Below, piece by piece: positions 15,985 to 24,231 of a stretch of DNA of 40,822 nt (its first letter is position 1; every line of letters starts with the position of its first letter). A program made the translations under genes and the position numbers. Under the pieces are notes generated by a model. That model saw only the letters and a list, made by a program, of their open reading frames with translations, did no database searches and was not told the origin of the DNA. The stretch comes from Methylobacteriaceae bacterium (lineage in GTDB: Bacteria > Pseudomonadota > Alphaproteobacteria > Rhizobiales > Beijerinckiaceae): assembly GCA_019242655.1 (NCBI GenBank), contig JAFAVH010000115.1:1-40822 (forward strand), given 5' to 3'.

Positions 15985-17214
15985 TCAACGCGCGGCTCGA
16001 TACTCGAAGGCTTTGCCGCCTTCCCGACAAGCCGATAAGCGCGCAGCGTAGAAGAAACCGTTGCCGCTAGGCGGCGTCAGATCGAAAACCAAAAAGCCGC
16101 GGTCGAGCAGCGGCTGGATCAGCTCCGTTTGGTCCTTGCCAGGTAAGACGCGGTGCCACTCCACCATTAGCGCGTCAATTTCCTGCAGGAGGTCGTCGCG
16201 GCTCAGTGACTTGAACAGTGGGAATTCAGCGCCCTCGCAGTCGACTTTGACGACTACCCGGAGCCCGCGCGCTCGCGCTGAAGTCACGATCGGCCGCAGG
16301 ACGGCAGCGGCTTCGCGCAGTTCAAGGCGGGTCGGGATACCGCCCGCCACGTCCTGGGTTGATTGGCCACCCGAGTCCCCGCGGGTGTCGGCGACTCGGA
16401 ATATGGCGCTCTCGTCCGCGTCCGATAGTCCGACCATCGTTGGCTTAATCTTCGCTGCCAAATTTGGGTTCAGGCGGAGATTCGCCAGCCCGCGCGTGAA
16501 CGTCTCCTCAAAAGGCTCAAAGCTGTGGACCTCCGTCACGAACGGTTTGGCAGCGAAAAGGAGGGACGCGAGGCCGACATTCATGCCGACGTCTATGACG
16601 CAGGTGTCGTGTGGGCTAAGGAAATTGTAGGCGCTCTTCGTGAACAGCTCGTCGACGAAGTTCACATCGTCGTAGCAGTTCGCGTTAAAGGTAACGCCGG
16701 AAAACGTAATGGTCATGCCATCTGTTGAGCGGCGCAGCGTGGCGCCAGCGTCGTAGAAGGCTTTAAGCAGCGGCCGTCGATGCCGCAGCAGATCGGTGGT
16801 TCGAACGCTGCCCCGGCTCGCCTCGGTTGATGCGTCTTCCGCGAGTCGGCTCACGCTCGGAGCATCGTAGACACGTAGCGGTACCGACCCGGCGACGTGG
16901 ACCCGATATTCAAGGGCAGCGGAGTCGCTAATCTCGAAAGGCAGCTCTATCTCGGCGACGCCGCTTTGGAACTGCGAAGCGAACACGAAATCGTATGCCA
17001 GCAAGCGCTGACCGAATTCGGCAGCCACATCGACGAGCGCAAGAGCGGTGTCGTCGCCCAACGCATCGGCCTCAAGCCGGAATGTGACCTTGTACCTTCC
17101 AGAGGGGAGCGATTCGTAGGGGCCGTAGACCGCGTGACCTCTGGACCCCTGCTGCGTCCTGATCACCTTTCCGCGCGCGGTCTCCGCAGTCTCGCCCAAA
17201 CTCGCGTTGAACAT
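15985..17214 (-). CDS. FkbM-family methyltransferase with a ~170-aa N-terminal beta-rich domain
   Basis: 409 aa, with GGAGAG upstream of ATG 17214. The C-terminal half has CVIDVGMNVGLASLLFAAKPFVTEVHSFEPFEETF ... VVKVDCEGAEFPLF (Methyltransf_21/FkbM pattern). Confidence 0.8.
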   Translation of the reverse strand: MFNASLGETAETARGKVIRTQQGSRGHAVYGPYESLPSGRYKVTFRLEADALGDDTALALVDVAAEFGQRLLAYDFVFASQFQSGVAEIELPFEISDSAALEYRVHVAGSVPLRVYDAPSVSRLAEDASTEASRGSVRTTDLLRHRRPLLKAFYDAGATLRRSTDGMTITFSGVTFNANCYDDVNFVDELFTKSAYNFLSPHDTCVIDVGMNVGLASLLFAAKPFVTEVHSFEPFEETFTRGLANLRLNPNLAAKIKPTMVGLSDADESAIFRVADTRGDSGGQSTQDVAGGIPTRLELREAAAVLRPIVTSARARGLRVVVKVDCEGAEFPLFKSLSRDDLLQEIDALMVEWHRVLPGKDQTELIQPLLDRGFLVFDLTPPSGNGFFYAARLSACREGGKAFEYRAAR

Positions 17215-17787
17215 CGTTATCTCTCCGGTGGCGGAAGGAGCACGTGCCGGAGATAAACGTCAAGCAGAGTCGGAGCGTGTGCTGAGCTATCTGCAGGTGG
17301 CTCTCGCAAGCGCGCGACGGTTTCGCGACAACCCAGTTTATCCCGATACCGTGCATCATGGCGGAAGGTGCTCGGGCAGCCCGATATCAATTGGATTGCG
17401 GACACATCGGGAAAGTGGACGCTATACGGAGCTTAAGCGATGCGCGAGGCAGAGCTTGAGCTGCGTGAGGCAGGCGCCGCGAGGCGATAAGGTCGCCCCG
17501 ACCATCTCTGATCGAGGCGCAGGCGTTGGCATCCCGAAGGACCAGCATGGCTCGTGCGAAGCTTCTATCCCGGCGAGTGGTTGCTGGCGGTTAATCGGTC
17601 ACTGATCAAGCTGAGGAATTTCGCCGCGCCACCGGGCGCGTAGTCGGACAGTGGAGCGCTCTTATCCTTGCGAGGGCGCACCGCGGTACTCTCGACGCAT
17701 AGATAAGTGGGCGATCAAAGCATCGATTACCGATGTCACATTTCCCTGCCTTAAGGGAACATTAACGACGCGGTTGGAGCAGGGGTC

Positions 17788-18582
17788 ATGCCAGAGCGGC
17801 TAATGGAACTGGCGATGCGACATGGCGGCCCCCCGCAGGGATCAGCACAGATTTACGCCTTGTCATTGTGGAAGTGCATGACAAATGGCTACCTGGCTAA
17901 GTCTTTAAGCCGCGACGAAGCGGTGTCATGTTTTCTTAGGAACTATGAGTTCCTGGTCAAGAAGGTATCGTGTGAGGGAGTGCTGAAGTTATGCTCGGAT
18001 GATTATGTTCTGTGGGATAATCGAAGATACCACGTTACTGCCAAGATGGAGCATGGCATTCTGGATGAGAGCGAGAATACGCTTCACTTCAAAGAAGGAT
18101 GGCGGGCTATTTACGGAACATCTTTTAGCTTTGTGCCTGGCCATATATTCGGCTCAGACGAGCCTGACGTTATCCTGATCTCTCGCATGCAGGGCAGGGC
18201 GGGTGAAGGAGAAAAGTACTTAGAGGCTACAAAGTCTTGCGGCGACATCACGCCACAGTTCGTGACCTACAATGTACTTTTGGGTCTAGCCAAGACACTA
18301 CGCATACACAGTATTATTGGCGTGGCGGCTCAAAACCAAGTCTATTATAAGGAAGCGCTATCTGATATTTTTATACCGACTTACGATTAATTTTTCCTGT
18401 CACTACTTGGTAAGATCCCACGAGATGGCTTCTTCTGTATATCGACAGCTAATTACCACAGGCCGCTATCTGCAATCGTAAGCTGGCACAGAAGGCGGGC
18501 GAAGAAAAAACGGTTGATGAAAGAGGGGATCATTGAATCCGCGTCAGAGAGATGGCTGCAGTTCTGTGCCAGTGTGGCCTGA
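17788..18582 (+). pseudogene. VirK/YbjX (DUF535)-like gene with an in-frame TAA at 18388..18390, in AT-rich DNA
   Basis: The 200-aa ORF shows ISRMQGRAGEGEKYLEATKSCGDITPQ...LLGLAKTLRIHSIIGVAAQNQ. After the TAA the same frame continues FFLSLLGKIPRDGFFCIS...HRRRAKKKRLMKEGI, as in the family C-terminus. One sampled line (18001..18060) has 26 G+C of 60. Confidence 0.45.
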
Positions 18583-19360
18583 GTCAGCCTCGCGAAACCG
18601 GATCGCCGGACATGGGGCTAATGATAACTACGAGCTGCACCAGCTCTTGCTGAACGCGATTAGCCAATCACCGGGCCGAGCAGCCGCCAGTGGCCAGATA
18701 CATGATCGTCGGCATGTACCACCAGATGAAGGGCGTCAGCGTGAGCTTGTAGGCCAAGCGGCGCGACAGGGTCGGGCTGAGCAAGGACTGCCGGTTCTTC
18801 ACGCGGCGAGGCTAGGACCCCCGTCCGAGGACTCAACGATGCAGTTTGCGCAACGGCAGTCCCAAATGCGATAGGTCGAGGCGAATCGTCTCCGGAAAGG
18901 CGACAGTGCTGCGGCAGCAGCGGAGCCTAGCCATGCACGAGGAGATTGGTCGCCTGTATTTCTAGTCTCGCGCTCGATCTTCGCGCGAATATGCCCGCCT
19001 CTATGGCGACAGTCCGATCGGACTCCTCCATTTCAGGTTTGCAGAGGAATACGATAAAAAGGCCGCAGGTTTGGGTGTTTCGCTGTCGCGCGACGCCGAG
19101 CCTGTTGAATTCGTACCCGGCTGCACATCCGCTCGGCTCTGAGGTCGCTGCGATGGCAGAGTCACTCGTTCCGCTAAACCTCGGTGATCAGGCCGAACCC
19201 AGCACGCGCGGAACCGGCGAGAACATCTGCCCAAAATGCGAAGTGGCGACTTGGACGGTCCCGAATGCGAGTTCTGCGGCGGGACAGGCAAGATAGTTCG
19301 AGGCATAAGCGGCGGCTATATTGCCTCCATTGCCAAAGTATCATGCGCGCATCCTTTTGA

Positions 19361-19857
19361 TCACCGCTCGACCTTGATTTTAAACGCTGACGCCTTCCCC
19401 CGCGCCGCGGCCGCCCGACGATTCAGTGCCTTCGCAATCGTCTCGGCGTCCGAGCCCGTTTCACCCATCTGCGGAAGCAGGGTCAGCTCATCGCGTGACG
19501 AAGCGCGGGTGCCGACATCGCGCATTATCGAGCCAGCCTCAGTCCGAGCTTCACCACCCGCCTTTCAAGGCCGCTTCAGTGCGACCCTGAGCACGTGCGA
19601 TTTCGGTCAGGCTGACACCACTCGTCACGAACCTCCGCAGTTGCTCCTCATCCGCTTCGCTCCAGCGCCGAGCGGGTTTGTTCGAGCTCACCCTCACCTC
19701 GCCACGTTCATCTTCAGCTTTTGAACCTTGCCTCGATACCAGCGATCGTGCGCCCGAGCTCGACCGCTATCTGCTCGATAGATGCCCTCGCGCGCGCCAT
19801 CCTTCGCAGCGTCGCCACGTGTTCGTCGTTCCAGGCTTCGCCGCGGCGGTGAGGCAT
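19361..19857 (-). other. Three tandem Myb/SANT-like helix-turn-helix units, each in a different frame (mini-ORFs 19714..19857, 19551..19697, 19361..19525)
   Basis: The units read AWNDEHVATLRRMARARASIEQIAVELGRTIAGIEARF, RWSEADEEQLRRFVTSGVSLTEIARAQGRTEAALKG and SRDELTLLPQMGETGSDAETIAKALNRRAAAARGK. They fit the pattern W-x3-E-x2-L ... IA-x2-LGRT. Confidence 0.35.
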
Positions 19858-19879
19858 GGCGTTGATGAGACAAGAAATC

Positions 19880-20194
19880 CTCGGCATCGGCCATGTCGTT
19901 CTTCTGTCGCTTCACGTAGGGCTTTACGCAGGCCGGCGCGATCAGCTTCACCTCGTGACCGAGCCGCCCGATCTCGCGCGCCCAGTGCGCGCCGCCGCAT
20001 GCCTCCATCGCCACCGTGCAGCGGGGCAGTTCCGCGAAGAAGCTGAGAAGCTGCTCACGCCGTAGCTTCTTGCGCACAACGACTGCCCCATCGCGATCCG
20101 CGCCATGCACCTGGGATACGTGCTTCGCCGAATCCAGCCCGACTGTGATAATCTGTTCCACGGACGCCTCCTGGGTGGTCTGCAACACCACCAC
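19880..20194 (-). mobile_element. IS110-family transposase, 5' fragment only (about the first 105 codons)
   Basis: ITVGLDSAKHVSQVHGADRDGAVVVRKKLRREQLLSFFAELPRCTVAMEACGGAHWAREIGRLGHEVKLIAPACVKPYVKRQKNDMADAE is the DEDD N-terminal domain of IS110 transposases. Similarity ends after DAE, and the rest of the ORF is an out-of-frame read of the next element. Confidence 0.75.
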
Positions 20195-20202
20195 TCTGGC
20201 AC

Positions 20203-20478
20203 ATGGATGCCGTCGGGGGCGTCCAACCCATCAACCTGTCGGCTCACAAGGGCGCCGCGGTACGTGAGGTGATCGAAGCGGTCGGCGCAAGGCTGCTCTT
20301 CCTCCCGCCCTACAGCCCCGACTTCAACCCGATCGAGATCAAGCTCAAAGCGCACCTCCAAAAAGCCGCCGAGCGCACAATCCACGGCCTCAGGATCGCC
20401 ATCGGACGCATCATCGACCTCTACTCGCCCGAGGAATGCGCCAACTAATTCGCCACCGCCGGCTACGATGCAACGTGA
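20203..20478 (+). mobile_element. IS630-family (DDE_3) transposase, 3' fragment with an in-frame TAA at 20446..20448
   Basis: NLSAHKGAAVREVIEAVGARLLFLPPYSPDFNPIEIKLKAHLQKAAERT...SPEECAN*FATAGYDAT. The PPYSPDFNPIE motif and C-terminus are those of IS630 transposases. The N-terminal two-thirds are absent. Confidence 0.75.
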
Positions 20479-20490
20479 TCAGAAACGGCT

Positions 20491-22488
20491 CTAGCCGGCG
20501 CTGCTCTCGCACAAGAGACGAAGGACGGCACCGCCGACCTCCGCCGGGGTGATGAAGCGCATGCAGGCGAAATTCTGACCGCAATCCTCAAACCGGGTCA
20601 GCGCACAGCCCGCGCACGGGATTCGGCGACTGACGATGAGGCCGTCCCCTTCCTGGCCCCATTCGTTCCAGTTCAGCCGGGGCATGTGCACGCTCACCAC
20701 GCGCGCGCCACGTAACGTGGCGACCTGCTTGGGCCCGGAGTCGTTCCCGACGAAGGCATCGCAGAAGGAGAGCAGCGCGTCAAACGCGTCGAACGGGAGT
20801 CGGCCAACCGCATACTTCAAGCGGTCCACGCCGAGGATCTCCGCAGGCACATCGATATCCTCTTCGCTTTCGCTGAGGATGACGATGGTATGGCTAGTCT
20901 CGCGCAGCAGCCACGCGGCCAGCGCGCCGTAACCGTGCCAGCGGTTGAAGCCAAGCCGCGAACCGGCGTGGAGCACGATGTACCGCTCACCCGCAGCGAT
21001 TCCGAACCGCTGCAGCAGGCTGCGCTCGAGATCGGTCCGCGCAACCACCTGCAGCGGGTTGCTGGTCATCGCGCCCAGCCGCTCGATCAGCGCTACGAGC
21101 TTGCCGGAAAGCGGCGTGTTTTCGAGCTCGTTGGCAGGATCGTGGGAGCGGGTCTCGAGTCCGGCATCGAGCCACGGCGTCTCGCGCTCATTGAACCCAT
21201 AGAGGAAGCGGGCGCCGGACAGCCGCAGGAGCGCGCGCGAATCGGCCGTGTCGATAAGGTCGATCGCGAGGTCGAATCGGAAGCGCGCGAGGGTTCCCTG
21301 CAGTGCGCGCTGTTCCGAGGCTGACATCGTACGACGAGCGAGCGCCGGGTCCTCCGGCAGGCGGATCGTGAGGATCTCGTCGAATAGCCGGAGTGTCGCG
21401 GCGAGTTCGGCATTGGCCGCGCTCAGCAGGCCGACGATGCGCGCCTGCGGGAAGAGGGCGCGGAGCCGTCGCAGGGCCGGGACGGATATGACCAGATCGC
21501 CGAGCTGATCGAAGCGCTGCACGAGAATAGAGTCCATCGGGCCGCCAACCACCGAACGGTCCGCCCGACGGATCATGCTGGCGCGCGCGTTAATCGACGC
21601 CTCGACTTCGCCTCGGCCTGGATCGACCACCGCGTCGGAGCTGGGGCACTCGGCCTCGGTTAATGGTTCCCCGATCCACACCATTTCCGTCAGCGCGCGC
21701 GCGATCCTGCCGCCGTGCTCACGGTATCGCAGTTCGAGCGGGCGCCGTCCGCGCGGCGCCGTCGCGAAGTCGTGCCAGATGTTGAAGACGAACTTGGAAG
21801 GCGCTTGCCCGGACGGCGGCGATGACGGCTGGAGATGCACGGATCGCAACAGCTGGCCGTCGAGCAGCAGCTGTACCTCGACCAATGGCGCTGCGCTCAC
21901 GCAATAGCCGCGGATCGCCTCAACGCCGCGCAACACCCTTCGCCCCCACAGGCCGGACACGCGCCTGGCGCCGAGCCGGAAGAGCTGGACATGCTCCCCC
22001 GGACGGGCGGCTGCCGCGACATCGATCGGAAGAAGTTCCGGGAGCGGCACGTCGCCTTCCACGGCATCATCGTTCGCATCGCCTCGGTCGCGAAGCGAAG
22101 ACAGCTCTTTCAGTGCTTCCGGCCAGCCCGGCTGCAGCTCGAGGGCGCGGCCGTAGAACCGCTGCGCCTCATGCACCCGCCCGATCAGCTTGTTGAAATG
22201 ACCAAGCTGGAGTGCGAGATCGGCGTCGTTCGGCGCGCGTTGGAGCGCGGCTAGATAATAGCGCTCGGCACCCGAATAGTCGCCGCTTTCCTTGTGCATG
22301 TGCGCGCATTGAACGATCACGCGCACCCGATCGGGCGTGAAGCGGAGCGCCTCGGCGTAGAGCGCTGCCGCCACCGCGAAGCGGCCATGGTCTCGTGCCG
22401 CGTCTGCCTTGCGCGAAAGCCGTCGCGACATCGCCAGATTACCGTGCCGAGGGAGGCGATCGATAAGCGTGCGCAAGGGGCTCGGCAT
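20491..22488 (-). CDS. Three-domain TPR / beta-rich / GT9 heptosyltransferase-like protein, paralog 3
   Basis: The longest ORF starts at a TTG at 22590 (699 aa). ATG 22488 is preferred because MPSPLRTLIDRLP...RKADAARDHGRF aligns in length and in the PLRTL motif with paralog 2. Motifs: RGVEAIRGYCVS, KFVFNIWHDF, ILVQRFDQLGDLVISVPALRRLR, FVGNDSGPKQVATLRG, PCAGCALTRFEDCGQNFAC. Confidence 0.85.
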   Translation of the reverse strand: MPSPLRTLIDRLPRHGNLAMSRRLSRKADAARDHGRFAVAAALYAEALRFTPDRVRVIVQCAHMHKESGDYSGAERYYLAALQRAPNDADLALQLGHFNKLIGRVHEAQRFYGRALELQPGWPEALKELSSLRDRGDANDDAVEGDVPLPELLPIDVAAAARPGEHVQLFRLGARRVSGLWGRRVLRGVEAIRGYCVSAAPLVEVQLLLDGQLLRSVHLQPSSPPSGQAPSKFVFNIWHDFATAPRGRRPLELRYREHGGRIARALTEMVWIGEPLTEAECPSSDAVVDPGRGEVEASINARASMIRRADRSVVGGPMDSILVQRFDQLGDLVISVPALRRLRALFPQARIVGLLSAANAELAATLRLFDEILTIRLPEDPALARRTMSASEQRALQGTLARFRFDLAIDLIDTADSRALLRLSGARFLYGFNERETPWLDAGLETRSHDPANELENTPLSGKLVALIERLGAMTSNPLQVVARTDLERSLLQRFGIAAGERYIVLHAGSRLGFNRWHGYGALAAWLLRETSHTIVILSESEEDIDVPAEILGVDRLKYAVGRLPFDAFDALLSFCDAFVGNDSGPKQVATLRGARVVSVHMPRLNWNEWGQEGDGLIVSRRIPCAGCALTRFEDCGQNFACMRFITPAEVGGAVLRLLCESSAG

Positions 22489-22648
22489 TGGCCTAGGGCG
22501 TAGTTGCCGCGCCTGAGGAGAGGAAGACAAATCATGTTGGGCAATCGGTGTCATCGCGCGAGCGGTAGTCGGGGCATCGAGTTGCTGCAATCATAGGCTG
22601 CAAACCCGCGCAGCCGCATCCTTGCGTTGCAATTCGTCGGGCGATCGC

Positions 22649-22664
22649 ACATGGCCGGCCATGT
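22649..22664. promoter_or_regulatory. Perfect 16-bp palindrome ACATGGCCGGCCATGT in the divergent promoter region between TPR-GT9 paralog 3 and hldD
   Basis: Self-complementarity was checked base by base. It is flanked by TTGCAAT at 22627..22633 and 22668..22674. Its half-site resembles the palindrome at 6989..7006 (ACRTGGC...GCCAYGT). Confidence 0.3.
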
Positions 22665-22778
22665 CGTTTGCAATGCGCTATCGCGTCGAGGTCGAGCATC
22701 GCTGCTCTTCGGCTCCACGTCATTCGAGCTCAGGTTGAAATGTGCCTCCAAACTTCAGGCGGATAGGCATTTAGCCGC

Positions 22779-23762
22779 ATGATCCTCGTCACCGGCGCAG
22801 CCGGCTTCATCGGCTCCAACATCGTCGCCTCGCTGAACGAGCGCGGGCGGACTGACATCGCGGTGTGCGATCGCTTCGACGACGCCAATAAGTGGCTCAA
22901 CCTCGCCAAAAGCCTCTTCGTCGATGTCGTGCCGCCCGATGCGCTAGCGGCCTGGCTCGCGAGCGGTCCCAAGCTCAGCGCTGTGGTCCACATGGGGGCC
23001 ATTTCGGCCACGACGGCGAGCGATGGCGACGCAGTCATGGAGACGAATTTCCGCCTTTCGCTACGATTGCTCGATCACTGCACCGCGCACGACGTGCCTT
23101 TCCTCTATGCGTCTTCCGCGGCGGTTTACGGGGACGGCGATTGCGGGTTTGCCGACGATATCACGCCAGCGGCGATCGAGAAGCTGCGCCCGTTGAACCT
23201 CTATGGCTGGAGCAAGCGGCAGTTCGACTATGTGGTGGCCGATCGAGTCGCCCGCGGCGCGAAGCTGCCGCCTGCCTGTGTCGGCTTCCGCTTCTTCAAC
23301 GTGTTCGGCCCCAATGAATATCATAAGGGCGAGATGCAGAGCATCGTTGCCAAGATCGCGGGACCGATCGGCCGCGGCGAGCGGATCACGCTCTTCAAGA
23401 GCCATCGCGAAGGGATCGGCGATGGCGATCAGCGGCGCGATTTCGTCTACGTAAAGGACGCGGTGGACGCGGTGCTGAGCTTTCTCGGGCGGGAGCGGAT
23501 CGCGGGCATCTTCAACATCGGCACAGGAAGTGCGAGAAGCTTCCGGGAGCTTGCCGAGGCGGTCTTCAATGCCTATCAGCGGCCGAGCGCGATCGACTTC
23601 GTCGACACACCGCTGTCGATTCGCGACAAATATCAGTATTTCACGGAAGCGTCGCTCGATCGTCTTCGCCAAGCCGGATGCACGACCGCCTTCCGGCCGT
23701 TGGAGGTTAGCGTCGCGGACTATGTCGGAAGTTATCTTCGGAGCGGCGATCCCTATCGCTGA
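22779..23762 (+). CDS. hldD: ADP-L-glycero-D-manno-heptose 6-epimerase
   Basis: 327 aa. MILVTGAAGFIGSNIV Rossmann start, SSAAVYG, LNLYGWSK (YxxxK), FRFFNVFGPNEYHKG, RDFVYVKD; length and order are typical of HldD/RfaD. Confidence 0.9.
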   Translation: MILVTGAAGFIGSNIVASLNERGRTDIAVCDRFDDANKWLNLAKSLFVDVVPPDALAAWLASGPKLSAVVHMGAISATTASDGDAVMETNFRLSLRLLDHCTAHDVPFLYASSAAVYGDGDCGFADDITPAAIEKLRPLNLYGWSKRQFDYVVADRVARGAKLPPACVGFRFFNVFGPNEYHKGEMQSIVAKIAGPIGRGERITLFKSHREGIGDGDQRRDFVYVKDAVDAVLSFLGRERIAGIFNIGTGSARSFRELAEAVFNAYQRPSAIDFVDTPLSIRDKYQYFTEASLDRLRQAGCTTAFRPLEVSVADYVGSYLRSGDPYR

Positions 23763-24231
23763 GTTCGGCCTCGATGCCATCGCCGGCGTTGTCGCGCGGG
23801 GTCACGGCGTGGCGTCGGGCACGGCGCGCGATCGGCGCTTTCCAAACGGGACGATCCGGCTGCAACTACCCTTCTTCGAAGGCGCGATAGCGAACTTCCA
23901 GGCCTATCTTGGTGGATCGCCTTTTGCCGGCACGATCAACATCGCCGTCGACACGGAGGCGGTCGTGATCATGCGCCCTGAGTTCCGGCTGCCGGAGGTG
24001 CGCTGGACCGACGTCTTCGGGCCCGAGACTTTCTACCTTTCAGCGGCCCAGCTCGTGCACGGCGATGGGCGTTATCCGGTGTTCCTCTACATGCCTGATC
24101 CGGCAAGCAAACCCGATCATCACCAGCCGCGGCAGGTCGTTGAACTGCTTGCGCGCCGCTTGCCCGAGGTCAGCTATGGCAACCGTGTGACGCTACTGTT
24201 TCGGCCCGACGCGATTGCGTTCACGCCATGA
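23722..24231 (+). CDS. Small protein resembling the archaeal CTP-dependent riboflavin kinase (DUF120) beta-barrel fold
   Basis: 169 aa from ATG 23722, overlapping the hldD 3' end by 41 nt. GVVARGHGVASG ... LGGSPFAGTINIAVD ... VVELLARRLPEVSYGNRVTLLF parallels the G-V-SG-G-G ... G-P-GTLN-L ... pattern of RibK/DUF120. The assignment is tentative. Confidence 0.45.
   Translation: MSEVIFGAAIPIAEFGLDAIAGVVARGHGVASGTARDRRFPNGTIRLQLPFFEGAIANFQAYLGGSPFAGTINIAVDTEAVVIMRPEFRLPEVRWTDVFGPETFYLSAAQLVHGDGRYPVFLYMPDPASKPDHHQPRQVVELLARRLPEVSYGNRVTLLFRPDAIAFTP

Noticed and set aside
17207-17605. ORFs 17207..17605(+), 18533..18874(+), 18946..19296(+) and 19236..19724(+) in the central region as real genes.
   Set aside because: They have no family motifs beyond the short remnants described and are of unusual composition. 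They overlap each other or recognisable gene fragments in other frames, so they are treated as decayed DNA.
18660-18830. Minus-strand reading ...LSRRLAYKLTLTPFIWWYMPTIMYLATGG that looks like the end of a membrane protein.
   Set aside because: It is only about 50 codons and has no start. I cannot assign a family, so it is mentioned only as further possible debris.
22652-22672. Possible sigma-54 promoter (TGGCCGGCCATGTCGTTTGCA resembling TGGCAC-N5-TTGCA) pointing toward hldD.
   Set aside because: The best GG-to-GC spacing I count is 11 nt instead of the required 10, and the -24 element is not a good match. It is more simply explained as part of the palindrome.
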